Part shown: one piece after another, positions 28,121 through 37,884 of the stretch
Numbering within the stretch: position 1 is the stretch's first letter
Layout of the letters: the number at the start of each line of letters is the position of its first letter
Virus record (IMG/VR): IMGVR_UViG_3300045960_000114
Location: 1 to 64,000 of that record
DNA length: 64,000 nt
DNA from: a virus
Reading direction: 5' to 3' (one strand)
Program-made: the position numbers and the translations under genes
The notes under the pieces: generated by a model
Seen by the model: only the letters and a program-made list of their open reading frames with translations
Databases searched by the model: none
Told to the model about the DNA's origin: nothing

Positions 28121-28899
28121 ACAAGATCAACGCGGAGCTACTGCAGCGCATTCGTGCTGGGTTGACGAAACAGGCATTCGTCCCGATGGGGCCGAATGGT
28201 GCGCAGACGCCGCCCCCGCAGGATCCGAGCATGCAGGGGCCGCCTATGATGCCGCCTGGCGGTGCACCCGGGATGGATCCGTCTATGGGTGGTATGCCTC
28301 CCGGCGGTGCGCCAGGTGGTGCCCCGCCTGGTGCTGATCCTTCCGCTGCTGGTATTTCGGGTTCGGGTCAGCCGGTCATGCTGCAGATGCAGGATCTCAT
28401 GCAGCTTGTCCAGATGATGGGCAGCGGCGGTGGTGGCGGTGGCGCTGGCGGCGCCGGCGGCGGGGGTGCTGGCGGTGGCGGCGGAAAAGGCGGCGGAGCA
28501 AAGGAGTTGGCTGGAAAAGTTGATGCGATTGCCAACGACATCGCGCAGCTCAAGGCGTTCATCATGGGCACGCAGGCCAATGGCGGTGGGATGCCACCCG
28601 GCGGCGCGCCGCCTCCAATGGGTTCGCCGGTCAGTCCCGAGGCTGGCCCGCAGACGCCGATGATCCCCGGCCAGCCGCCTGGAATGCCGCCTGGCATGGA
28701 TCCGTCCATGATGGGCATGGATCCGTCCATGATGCAGGGTGGAATGCCCCCTGGCGGAATGCCGCCTGCCGGTCCTGCAGGCGGGATGCCACCTGGCGGG
28801 ATGCCGGTGCAGGCCAGTTTCGGCAAGCAAGCTGAGAAGGCGCCTCCGATGCCGAAGGCGCAGGTTCTTTCCGGGATCATCTCGAGGCTTCGAAGATGA
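28117..28899 (+). CDS. Pro/Gly/Met-rich low-complexity protein
   Basis: GGMPPGG and MDPSM repeats bounded by LTKQA and GKQA. Confidence 0.7.
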   Translation: MNKINAELLQRIRAGLTKQAFVPMGPNGAQTPPPQDPSMQGPPMMPPGGAPGMDPSMGGMPPGGAPGGAPPGADPSAAGISGSGQPVMLQMQDLMQLVQMMGSGGGGGGAGGAGGGGAGGGGGKGGGAKELAGKVDAIANDIAQLKAFIMGTQANGGGMPPGGAPPPMGSPVSPEAGPQTPMIPGQPPGMPPGMDPSMMGMDPSMMQGGMPPGGMPPAGPAGGMPPGGMPVQASFGKQAEKAPPMPKAQVLSGIISRLRR

Positions 28900-29117
28900 A
28901 AGTACGAATCGACAAGAACGGCTTCGAGTCCGAGATGTTAACGGACGCCAAAGCCATTGTCGTATTCGATGACTTCGACAACCCGATGTACGCTGCGAAG
29001 CAGATCAACGAGCACAACAGCGTACACGAGAAGGCAGGCGAACCCGGGTTCGAACAGATGCTGAAGACGTTTGGCTTGCGCCTGAAGGTTCCTTACAAAA
29101 CGGTGAAGATGACATGA
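28896..29117 (+). CDS. Hypothetical protein (73 aa)
   Basis: ATGA overlap with the upstream gene; typical codon usage. Confidence 0.6.
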   Translation: MKVRIDKNGFESEMLTDAKAIVVFDDFDNPMYAAKQINEHNSVHEKAGEPGFEQMLKTFGLRLKVPYKTVKMT

Positions 29118-30172
29118 GCGCTTACGAACTGCTTAAACGGGCCGATGAGGTTTACGCCATGCGGAAGCTGGCGTTCCTTGCCGGCGTTGAGGCTTTCTGT
29201 TTGCAGGCTGGCATGTCCCGTTCCGCGCTGGTACCGATCGTGAAGGTGGCCGAGGAGTTGGTCGAGGGAAGTGGCGATCTGCACGAGGCCATGCATAAAT
29301 GTGGGGCTGGTCCGGAGGATTATGCCAGATCGTTTGCCACGCCCACAAATGTCGCATACGGAAGTTCCGGAGGAAGGATAAAGGGGAACCGACCTTACAT
29401 ACCGCCGACGCCTACTTGGGACAACGCGACGAAGCAGACCATGACGCCTACCGTTGGTTCTTCTGCCCAAACAGCGGCGCCTACGGCACCTACGGAAGGA
29501 AGTGCTTCCTCCACTCCTGCACAAGCGCCGCGCAGATCAGAGGGTGCGGCGAAGACATTCGGAACTGCCGAGCAACTGGCTAAGAGTAATCCTCAGTCAG
29601 GTATGAGTAATTGGTGGTGGGCTGGTGGGATTCCGGGTGCTGTAGCGGGTTGGGCGTACAACAATCTCGGTGATCAGACGAACAAGGATTTGCAGGAAAA
29701 GACGCGATACGAAGTTAACCGCGAGGGCGGTAAAGTCACTGAAGCGAAAAATCCGACAACTGACGTAGAGTGGAAGCAGATGCAGCATCGAAATGCTGGG
29801 TTGGCTAGAGAAACTCTAAATACTGCGTATCAGCAGTACCTCACGAATGCATCTTCGATGGGTCCAGCGCAAGCCGCTGTGTTTTCTCAGACCGAGCATC
29901 CAGGTGCCTTTGAACACATTGAAAAGACTTTCAAAGATCCAAAGACCGGGAAGTGGACTTATCCGACAGCTGATATGGGTTGGGCGCCCGGTAAACCGTA
30001 CGATCCAGCAGGGCCAGGAGTTGCCACCATGGCTGCGGGTGGTTACAACACTTCAACACCTACTTCAGCTGCAGCTCCAACGACGACACCAGCGCCGGCG
30101 CCTACAACATCAAGTGCACCGCCGGATGCCGGGCCGCAGCCGTCTACCATGGCAAATCCGTCACCACCGTAA
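29114..30172 (+). CDS. Putative virion protein (KxA leader, Pro/Thr-rich, lower-GC body)
   Basis: MSAYELLKRA and RKLA motifs; WWWAGGIPGAVAGW hydrophobic stretch. Confidence 0.6.
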   Translation: MSAYELLKRADEVYAMRKLAFLAGVEAFCLQAGMSRSALVPIVKVAEELVEGSGDLHEAMHKCGAGPEDYARSFATPTNVAYGSSGGRIKGNRPYIPPTPTWDNATKQTMTPTVGSSAQTAAPTAPTEGSASSTPAQAPRRSEGAAKTFGTAEQLAKSNPQSGMSNWWWAGGIPGAVAGWAYNNLGDQTNKDLQEKTRYEVNREGGKVTEAKNPTTDVEWKQMQHRNAGLARETLNTAYQQYLTNASSMGPAQAAVFSQTEHPGAFEHIEKTFKDPKTGKWTYPTADMGWAPGKPYDPAGPGVATMAAGGYNTSTPTSAAAPTTTPAPAPTTSSAPPDAGPQPSTMANPSPP

Positions 30173-30181
30173 GGGATAGGT

Positions 30182-32026
30182 ATGAACACGACCGTCGGTC
30201 AACTGCTGCTTAACGATGCTCTGCCAGAGCAGCTGAGAGACTATGGCCGTGTGATGGACAAGAAGACGATTGCAGCCCTGTTCTCTAAGGTAGCTGAAGA
30301 GCATCCCAACAAGTTCAAAGACCTAAACTTCGAATTGCATAATCTGGGTTCGCATGTGTCAACCGTTCACGGTCGGAACGCCAGTTTCTCGCTCAACGAC
30401 CTGAAGATGCCAGACGCTGTGCGCGCCATGCGTGACGAGCTGAGCAAGAAGATCGACGCGATCAACACCAGTCCCGGGAAGGCTAGTCAGAAAAATGACA
30501 AGATCGTGGAGACTATTTCCGGCTACCTGGAGCGAGCCAACGAGTTGAACTACTCGGAGGGCGTGAAGGAGAACAATCCGTTTGCACTGCAGGTGCTCTC
30601 TGGTGCGCGTGGCAACGCCAGCCAGTTCCGTTCTATGCGGGTAGGGGACATGCTGCTGGTCGACCACAAGGACCGGCCCATCCCGATTCCCGTCATGCGC
30701 TCCTATGCCGAGGGTGTCGACCCGGCCCAGTATTGGGCATCCGCTTATGGCGCGCGCAAGGGAGCCATCTCCGTCAAGTTTGCGACGCCGAAGTCAGGCT
30801 ACCTTGGCAAGCAGCTCATTTACGCGGCGCACCGCATGGTGGTGTCCGAGAAGGACTGCGAAACGACCAACGGGATTACGGTGGCTGCCAATGACGCCGA
30901 CAATGAGGGCGCTGTGCTGGCGAGGGATGTCGGAGATCACTCAGCGGGAACGGTTCTAGGTCCGCGATCGGTCAAGGCGTTAGGCGACCAGAAGGTGGTT
31001 GTTCGTTCCCCCATCACCTGCCAGGCCAGGAACGGCGTCTGCCAGAAGTGTGCCGGTATCCGCGAGCGTGGTGGTTTCCCGCCGATTGGTGACAACATTG
31101 GCATCGCAGCGGCGCAGGCTGTGTCTGAACCGATCGGACAGGGCCAGCTCTCAGAAAAGCACACAGGCGGCATGGCCGGTGGTAAGTCGAATAAGAGCGG
31201 CCTGGACCTGGTGAACCAGCTCGTACAGGTGCCCACTATGTTCCAGGGCGGTGCGGCGGTTGCATCCAACGACGGCAGGGTGACAGAGATCAAGCCGGCG
31301 CCACAAGGTGGTAAGTACATTCGCGTCGGTGCGACTGAGCACTGGGTGCCCGCACATCTCGAGCCCAAGGTGAAGGTTGGTGATGAGATCGAAGCCGGTG
31401 ACATTATCTCCGAAGGCATTCCAAATCCGGCGCTGATCGCGCAGCACAAAGGCATTGGCGAGGGCCGCAACCAGTTCGTTAATGTCATGCGCTCAACATT
31501 GAAGGAAGGTGGCTTCCCTGCACACCGCAGAAATCTGGAAGTCCTGGCGCGCGGGCTCGTCAACCACGTGCGTGTCACCGATCTCGATGGGCCGGCTGAT
31601 ACGGTGCCTGACGATGTCATGGAATACGATTCCCTTTCGCGCGGATACCAGCCGCGTTACGGGTTCCAAGTGCGTCCTCCTAAAGAGTCTACGGGTCTTT
31701 ACTTGGAGGAGCCGGTATTGCATTACTCCATAGGAACCCGTATAACACCAAGGGTGTCAAAAGCGATGGAGGACAACAAGGTAGGCTCGGTCAAGGTGCA
31801 CGCTGATCCGCCTTCCTTTGTCCCTGAGATGAGCCGGGCAATGGAAACGCTAGCGCACTCAGACGATTGGATGGTTAGAATGGGTGGGTTGTATGGCGTT
31901 AAACGCAGCGTGATTCAGTCCGCTCATCGCGGCGGAGCTTCCGACGTGCATGGGACATCGTTCATCCCTTCGCTTGCGCAAGGGACAGAGTTCGGGAAAG
32001 AGATCGGAACCAAGGGTACCTACTAA
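30182..32026 (+). CDS. rpoC: RNA polymerase beta-prime C-terminal half
   Basis: TTVGQLL, SGARG, bridge helix YGARKG..ATPKSGYL, Zn site DC..C-x6-C-x2-C, trigger loop GQLSEKHTGG. Confidence 0.93.
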   Translation: MNTTVGQLLLNDALPEQLRDYGRVMDKKTIAALFSKVAEEHPNKFKDLNFELHNLGSHVSTVHGRNASFSLNDLKMPDAVRAMRDELSKKIDAINTSPGKASQKNDKIVETISGYLERANELNYSEGVKENNPFALQVLSGARGNASQFRSMRVGDMLLVDHKDRPIPIPVMRSYAEGVDPAQYWASAYGARKGAISVKFATPKSGYLGKQLIYAAHRMVVSEKDCETTNGITVAANDADNEGAVLARDVGDHSAGTVLGPRSVKALGDQKVVVRSPITCQARNGVCQKCAGIRERGGFPPIGDNIGIAAAQAVSEPIGQGQLSEKHTGGMAGGKSNKSGLDLVNQLVQVPTMFQGGAAVASNDGRVTEIKPAPQGGKYIRVGATEHWVPAHLEPKVKVGDEIEAGDIISEGIPNPALIAQHKGIGEGRNQFVNVMRSTLKEGGFPAHRRNLEVLARGLVNHVRVTDLDGPADTVPDDVMEYDSLSRGYQPRYGFQVRPPKESTGLYLEEPVLHYSIGTRITPRVSKAMEDNKVGSVKVHADPPSFVPEMSRAMETLAHSDDWMVRMGGLYGVKRSVIQSAHRGGASDVHGTSFIPSLAQGTEFGKEIGTKGTY

Positions 32027-32039
32027 GGGAGGACGTAAG

Positions 32040-32429
32040 ATGAACAAGCAGGCATTCGAGATGGGTCTGTGCGTTGGCTACGCTTCGGCGGTCATGCCGA
32101 CGAATGAGGCGTTCGAGAAGAGCGCGTCGATCACCGGTTTCAAGGCTGCCGACATCAAGCGCGCCTATGTTGAGAAGGTTGCGTCGCCGTGGCTGCCGCT
32201 GCTGGCTGGCGGCGCTGGGCTAGCGCTTGGCGCGAATGTCCTCCCGCGCATGTACCGCTGGGCGATGGGTGGCGACCCGCAGGCGAGCCCCGTGCAGAAC
32301 GAAGTCCAGATGGACCCGTTCCACCAGCAGCTGCGCCGGCAGACCATGTACAACCAGGGTCTGTCCCGCGACCTGCAGGCGGCGCGCGGTGCGTTCGCGC
32401 CGGCAGCGAACCCGTTTGGCCAGTCGTAA
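32040..32429 (+). CDS. Small KxA protein, paralog A
   Basis: ATG after GGGAGG; MNKQA...EKVA then SPWLPLLAGG. Confidence 0.7.
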   Translation: MNKQAFEMGLCVGYASAVMPTNEAFEKSASITGFKAADIKRAYVEKVASPWLPLLAGGAGLALGANVLPRMYRWAMGGDPQASPVQNEVQMDPFHQQLRRQTMYNQGLSRDLQAARGAFAPAANPFGQS

Positions 32430-32464
32430 GCAGACCCACTCAGGCATCGATTTGAAGAGGAACG

Positions 32465-32749
32465 ATGATGAACAGTGCACGGGAATACCTGGTCAAATCG
32501 GCACTGGATAAGCAGGCGAAGGTGCCGTGGCTTCCCCTGCTTGCTGGTGGTGCGTTGGGCGCTTACGCGATCCCCAAGCTGTACAAGTACCTGATGGGTG
32601 GCGACCCGCAGGCGCCGGAAGTGCAGAATGAGGTCGACATGGATCCGGCACACCAGCAGATACGCCGGATGGCGCTGTACAACCAGTCGTTGTCACGTGA
32701 CCTGCAGGGTGCCAAGGGTGCATTCGGCGCTGCGCAGAGTCCGATGTAA
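32465..32749 (+). CDS. Small KxA protein, paralog B
   Basis: MMNSAREYLVKSALDKQA then KVPWLPLLAGG; near-colinear with paralog A. Confidence 0.7.
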   Translation: MMNSAREYLVKSALDKQAKVPWLPLLAGGALGAYAIPKLYKYLMGGDPQAPEVQNEVDMDPAHQQIRRMALYNQSLSRDLQGAKGAFGAAQSPM

Positions 32750-32761
32750 GAGATGTCAACT

Positions 32762-32789
32762 GGGCGGGAAGCTGTAACGCTTCCCGCCC
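32762..32789 (+). terminator. Perfect 11-bp GC hairpin without a U-tract
   Basis: GGGCGGGAAGC-TGTAAC-GCTTCCCGCCC, intergenic. Confidence 0.45.
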
Positions 32790-32828
32790 GTGCCGTTTGA
32801 GGTAAATGTCGGATACGGAGGATGCAGC

Positions 32829-35096
32829 ATGCCCGGACCCACCTCCTCGGATGCAAATTTTGAGGCAACCTTCGCGGACCTCGCATTTGCACGCCTTCGT
32901 GACAAGGCGCCCAGCCTGCTCGACTATCTTGTCGGCTTCCAGCTTGTTGACAAGAATGACGAGGAAACGCACGCCATCGGCGTGTTTGGTTTCAAGGTGG
33001 GTAAAGAATGGGTGTACTCGCCGGTGTTTTTCATCAACGGCGAACTGAAGGGTCACGAGCTCATGTACATCAAGGGCCAGGACTCCTTCGTCCCCATGAC
33101 TGAACAATGGGTCAACTACGTGTTGAACCGCAGACCGAAGATCCTCGGTGAGAAGGAGGATACTCCACGGCCTCGGCTAAACCTGCGCCAGCCGGACTTC
33201 GATCTGTTTGCCCGCGCCCCCTATATCGGTTCCAAGTACGCTTCGGCAAACAAGGGCCGCATGCGGGAATGGGTGCACGATTTCCTGGACGTGTTCTCCT
33301 CCGAGCCGTGGAGCGAGAAGTACGCCAGCCTCGACCTTCCACACATGCTTAAGCGGTTTGGCAAGAAGGCGGCCATGTCCCTGTTCGAGACGATGACTTC
33401 AGATGAGGATTTCTCCCGGGCCGTGCTGAAGTTCTACGACCCACGCGAGCTGATCGAGGCGACTAAGCAGGCCGACATCGACGAGGTGGCCAAGGAACAG
33501 CGTAAGGGCAAGTCTTCCCTGCCCAAGCCGATTGTCCTGACCCGTGGCGATGACCAGAGCAACATTCTGCTGGACCTAACAGAAAAGGAAAAGGAGCAGC
33601 TGGCAAAGGGTGAGTACGTCGTCCGCAACTACACCGACCCGAGCCTGATCAGCCGGGTGGTGAAGGTGCAGTTGCCTCTGACGCTTAATGGTCCGGACCG
33701 CTCCGGCTTCTTCGATGTGTTGACCAAGGGACTCGAGCCGCGCAAGGCACTGGTCATCGTGGACTCGGCTCCGATTGGGTACGCAGCCTACCGCGATCCT
33801 CGCGTGAGTGTGGTCGTCGACATGGAGACCAAGCAGTTCGGGAACTACGGCAAGTCCGACATCATGGTTGGGAAACATTACGGCCAGGATGAGTTCAGCA
33901 AGTGGTGGAAGGGGCTGCCCGCCGGTGACAGCCTGCAGCCGGGCGACGTTGGCGTGCTGATCAACGAGAAGGGTGAAGGCACCTGCGTATTCGAGGCCGA
34001 GAACTCCTCGACGCTTGGCGGACGGACTGAAGTGCGGGTCTACGGCAGGAATTCTCTTTCACCCGGCGCCACGGTGCGCAAGGAGCCCTATCGCCCGAGG
34101 TCGGACAGCGGCCAGTCGGACTCAGTCGAATCGCTCGTTTTCTGCGAAAAGGAAGGCGACAAGCTGATTCGAGTTGGTGAGAGCTTTTTCGTCCCGAAGG
34201 GCTTCAAGTTCTTCAAGATCGACAAGATGGCGCGCTCGAACTACCCGAGTTCAGTAGGAAAGAGCAAGGGGCCGAAGAATCTGACGCTTGGTACGGTCGA
34301 GGATGTACGCGACAGCCTCAAGATCGCTGCCGATAAGGGCGAGGGCGCGTTTATAGCGATGCGCACCGACGGTCTCCGATTCATCCCGGTCGTCAACGAC
34401 GAACAGGTCGGGTACATGCCGAAGGAGTCGGCATTCCGTTACTTGATCTACCGGCACGGAATGTCGGCGGATGATGCCCACATGCTCCTGAAGAGCGCTG
34501 CCGTGCGACAAAATGGCGAGACGTTCTTCATCAAATACAGCTGGGGCGAGCCGCCCCAGAGCGCCTGGTTCCCCGAACCGCTCACTGGAATGGAGTACGG
34601 CCTGAATGTGCCGATTCAGTACCCATCAATGACGGCGCAGAACCTGGGGCAGAACGACACCTCAGGTGCGCGTGATGCGTACCGACACCGCTGGGATGAT
34701 GACCTCAATCAGCCGTATCGAACGAGGTTCGTGGATCAGAACGTCAAGGATCAGGCCAGCGCCGCCTCCCAGCTTGGTCAGAAGGAAGTCCTTGATACGT
34801 CAGTGATTACTGGTTTGGTCAAGACGATGGACTCGGACAGCACAGTCGATGGGTACATCGGCGACCTGTTGCTGGCCCTGGATCGGCTTGGCCGAATCCT
34901 CTTCCTTTATTACTGGCACAACGACAAGTTCCGGGAACGGTACGGCAGCCAGGACATGTCCGAGCTGGAAGACAACCTCCGGAATGTTTTCAAGAACCTG
35001 GGCGAGCTGGCCCTGTTCCTGAAGCAGAAGACGGTTGAGCCGGACAAGGCTGATACCTCTGAGGCCAAGCTGACGGACGTCGTTTCAGGAGCTTAA
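32829..35096 (+). CDS. Large hypothetical protein, probably head-associated
   Basis: Start after GGAGG; globular-looking N-terminal region (FEATFADLAF..GFQLVDKN..YSPVFF); multiple KxA motifs. Confidence 0.7.
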   Translation: MPGPTSSDANFEATFADLAFARLRDKAPSLLDYLVGFQLVDKNDEETHAIGVFGFKVGKEWVYSPVFFINGELKGHELMYIKGQDSFVPMTEQWVNYVLNRRPKILGEKEDTPRPRLNLRQPDFDLFARAPYIGSKYASANKGRMREWVHDFLDVFSSEPWSEKYASLDLPHMLKRFGKKAAMSLFETMTSDEDFSRAVLKFYDPRELIEATKQADIDEVAKEQRKGKSSLPKPIVLTRGDDQSNILLDLTEKEKEQLAKGEYVVRNYTDPSLISRVVKVQLPLTLNGPDRSGFFDVLTKGLEPRKALVIVDSAPIGYAAYRDPRVSVVVDMETKQFGNYGKSDIMVGKHYGQDEFSKWWKGLPAGDSLQPGDVGVLINEKGEGTCVFEAENSSTLGGRTEVRVYGRNSLSPGATVRKEPYRPRSDSGQSDSVESLVFCEKEGDKLIRVGESFFVPKGFKFFKIDKMARSNYPSSVGKSKGPKNLTLGTVEDVRDSLKIAADKGEGAFIAMRTDGLRFIPVVNDEQVGYMPKESAFRYLIYRHGMSADDAHMLLKSAAVRQNGETFFIKYSWGEPPQSAWFPEPLTGMEYGLNVPIQYPSMTAQNLGQNDTSGARDAYRHRWDDDLNQPYRTRFVDQNVKDQASAASQLGQKEVLDTSVITGLVKTMDSDSTVDGYIGDLLLALDRLGRILFLYYWHNDKFRERYGSQDMSELEDNLRNVFKNLGELALFLKQKTVEPDKADTSEAKLTDVVSGA

Positions 35097-35100
35097 CCTC

Positions 35101-35583
35101 ATGAACAGTGTGCGCACTTACCTGATCAAGTTAGCCGCAGCTGATGACGGGCTGCCTGGCTTGAAGGAACTGAGTGAAAGCACGGGGATCGATTTTCCGG
35201 GTGATAAACCAGAGGATCGACGGGCGCGCTACTCCCTGATGGATCTCGGCGAGAAGGGTCCGCTGATGTCTCGCGAGGCTGTGAATGCATACCTCAGGAA
35301 GAATACACCAAAGTACACCCCAAAGAGTGACTGGATAGGTAGGGGCGCGCTTATCGGTGCTGTTGGGTTGCCGCTATTCCTTAAGCATAGAGAGCTGAGG
35401 AGAATGGCCAACTCGGCAAAGCCGAACCAAAATACCTTGAAACAGGTGCTACAGCTGGCGGGCATGGGGGCGATTGGTGGCGCCGGCGTTGGCGCGTACA
35501 AACGTTACACCAGCCAGCAAGAGACGACTGAGAAGGCCATTGACGAGTACAACAAGCTTCGGCTGAGCAAGATGTACAAGTGA
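35101..35583 (+). CDS. KxA-leader glycine-zipper protein
   Basis: MNSVRTYLIKLA leader; GALIGAVG and AGMGAIGGAGVG helices. Confidence 0.65.
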   Translation: MNSVRTYLIKLAAADDGLPGLKELSESTGIDFPGDKPEDRRARYSLMDLGEKGPLMSREAVNAYLRKNTPKYTPKSDWIGRGALIGAVGLPLFLKHRELRRMANSAKPNQNTLKQVLQLAGMGAIGGAGVGAYKRYTSQQETTEKAIDEYNKLRLSKMYK

Positions 35584-35590
35584 GCTAACC

Positions 35591-36448
35591 ATGGACGAGC
35601 TGGCCAGCCTGCCATCAGAAGACGCGCCGGATTGGCGTTGGGCCGTCGTCCGTGCCATGTACGACAATGGCGACCCGCCCACACGCAACCCGGATGAACA
35701 TCTCTTCAATCGCGGGCTGCGCTTCCTTCGCCGGATAAAGAAGGGGCGGATTGTTGATGTGCTGGCCGCGAAGCGGGAGTATCCTGATCTGTATACAGCG
35801 CACAACATGCACAACAACCCGGCAAGCGAGAAGTGGATCATAGAGGCGGGTCTTCTGACCAACGTCTCGACTGCCGAGCTGGGCAAGTACGTTGCGCAGC
35901 CTGAAGAGGTGATCACTGCCTACGCCACATACTTCTTTGATGTGAAGGCCAAGCTGGATTCACGCGGGTACATCATCAACCGAGTCTTGACACCGGCAAG
36001 CCAGAAGATGGGGATCAACCCCCAGGACCCCGACTTCTCTTACAAGTCGATGGCTTATGGGCTCGGTTGGGAAGGCTTCACTGAGTTCATTGACCGGCGC
36101 GGGATCAGCGACAAGCTGCGTGGCTTCCTGAATACTGACTTCAAGGACAGGTTGGTCAAGTTGGGCTGGATGGCGACGCACGTCGTGAGTCTGAACAACT
36201 TCACGGCCATACCAATCTTCGAGCAGGTGCTGAAGCTGATGGCAATGGAGCTTCAAGTGCGCAACGAGATGGGGGTCTCCAAGGACGAGAGTTTGGCACT
36301 CATGGGTGCGTTGCTTAACTCCTGCAAAGTGACTATACTTCCACATGGTTCGGATCTTTGTCTGGACGAACCGCGCGCGCTGGAGATGATTCACGAGGGG
36401 CAGCCAAAACTGAGTTACGGCGATCCCATTCCGATTGAGAGGAAGTAA
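35591..36448 (+). CDS. Hypothetical protein
   Basis: 285-aa ORF with typical codon usage, in the operon. Confidence 0.7.
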   Translation: MDELASLPSEDAPDWRWAVVRAMYDNGDPPTRNPDEHLFNRGLRFLRRIKKGRIVDVLAAKREYPDLYTAHNMHNNPASEKWIIEAGLLTNVSTAELGKYVAQPEEVITAYATYFFDVKAKLDSRGYIINRVLTPASQKMGINPQDPDFSYKSMAYGLGWEGFTEFIDRRGISDKLRGFLNTDFKDRLVKLGWMATHVVSLNNFTAIPIFEQVLKLMAMELQVRNEMGVSKDESLALMGALLNSCKVTILPHGSDLCLDEPRALEMIHEGQPKLSYGDPIPIERK

Positions 36449-36449
36449 C

Positions 36450-37829
36450 ATGGAAGAGCTGAGCAAACAGGATGAGTCTCGAATCCTGGGCGCGTTGGAG
36501 CGAGCCATCGTGATGGCCAACGATGGATCTCATCCTACCGAGGCCATCCAGAAGGTGGCAGAGGACGGCAAGTTCACGCCGCCGATGATCCAGCGCATGG
36601 TCGAAGCCTACAACGTCTCCAAGATGATCAACCATCTTGGGCACGTGAAGGGTGCTGCCCGCGCCGACACCTTCCCCATCGCCTCAGCTGAGAAGATCAT
36701 TGAGGCCATGTATCCATCAAACATGGTAGCGCCGTCGGTCAAGGTGGCCGCGACCTACGTGCCGGTGGAACTGCAATCAGAGAGACACAACTTCAACAAG
36801 GTAGCTAACAAGCTGTCGGATCTGATTGCGGACAGCGCGTTCAACAAGAAGGCTGAGCCGTACGCGCCAGATCCTCTGACTGCAGAGAAGCGCAAGTTCG
36901 CTCAGCTGTCGCAGTTGAAGAAGGCGGAGGACGAGGCGATGAGCCGTGTCCGGCGCCACTACTTCGAGTTGCTCGGATTGACCAAGCAGGCGGCATCTCA
37001 GTTCCGTTTTGTGGCTCACCGGTCATTCGCTGAAGTCGAGCAGGACATCGTGGCCGCGCATGGATCGATGGGCAAGATGGCGATGGACATGGTGTACAGC
37101 TGGGGCGGACTGACCGAGAAGCGCGCGAAGATCGACGAGGCGCACCGGGCATTTTTCAAACCAAACGAACACCCGTACCGCACGGTTCTGGCCATGATCA
37201 AGGAAAGCCAGGAGATGGCGCGTGCCGCCAGCGATGCGGCGAAAGCCAGCCTGGCATGTCGCGAGAGCGAGGCGCTGGTCGGTGTCCCGAAACGGATGAC
37301 GAAGGAAGCGGCAAGGCGTGAGTTGGACTCGATCCTGGGCGACGATTCGGATGAAGACGACTTCTCCAAGCAAGCGCTCGAGGACACCCCTCCGGTCCCG
37401 TTTGTTCATCCGAATGTGCTCGATTCGATGAAGAACATTGCCGGCATCGGGATGAGCATGTCTGGTGTCAGGCCGCGTCCGTACGAGGATGTTAAAGAGG
37501 ATGTTGTGCAGGAGATGGCGGATCCCGTGCATGAGACAAAAATGCAGGGTATTCGTACGCAGGCCATCCTGAACGACTTCATGTCCAACGATCCGGTGCT
37601 GTCCACGTACCCACCGCATGAGGTGGCCAAGGCGTACAACAGCGTGGCCGACCTGTCGCCCGGTGTTGCACAGCAGCCGGCGGTTCTGCGCGGCGTACTT
37701 CGCCGTATGATGCAGCAGGAAGGCGTGATCGAGCCGTTCGAGGCGCAGCAGCTAACGCAGGTGGATAGGCATCTGCGCGGCTCAAGCGGTAATGAGGGGC
37801 GCCAGTCGCCAACAGAGTCTTCGCGCTGA
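36450..37829 (+). CDS. Helical KxA-rich putative head protein
   Basis: VKVA, NKVA, KKA, TKQA, EKRA, TKEA and SKQA sites; ATG after GAGG. Confidence 0.65.
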   Translation: MEELSKQDESRILGALERAIVMANDGSHPTEAIQKVAEDGKFTPPMIQRMVEAYNVSKMINHLGHVKGAARADTFPIASAEKIIEAMYPSNMVAPSVKVAATYVPVELQSERHNFNKVANKLSDLIADSAFNKKAEPYAPDPLTAEKRKFAQLSQLKKAEDEAMSRVRRHYFELLGLTKQAASQFRFVAHRSFAEVEQDIVAAHGSMGKMAMDMVYSWGGLTEKRAKIDEAHRAFFKPNEHPYRTVLAMIKESQEMARAASDAAKASLACRESEALVGVPKRMTKEAARRELDSILGDDSDEDDFSKQALEDTPPVPFVHPNVLDSMKNIAGIGMSMSGVRPRPYEDVKEDVVQEMADPVHETKMQGIRTQAILNDFMSNDPVLSTYPPHEVAKAYNSVADLSPGVAQQPAVLRGVLRRMMQQEGVIEPFEAQQLTQVDRHLRGSSGNEGRQSPTESSR

Positions 37830-37884
37830 TTGGTGTTGCTTAGGCGTCGTCAGATAGTAAGGTTGTAATGGGAGATACAGTAGG

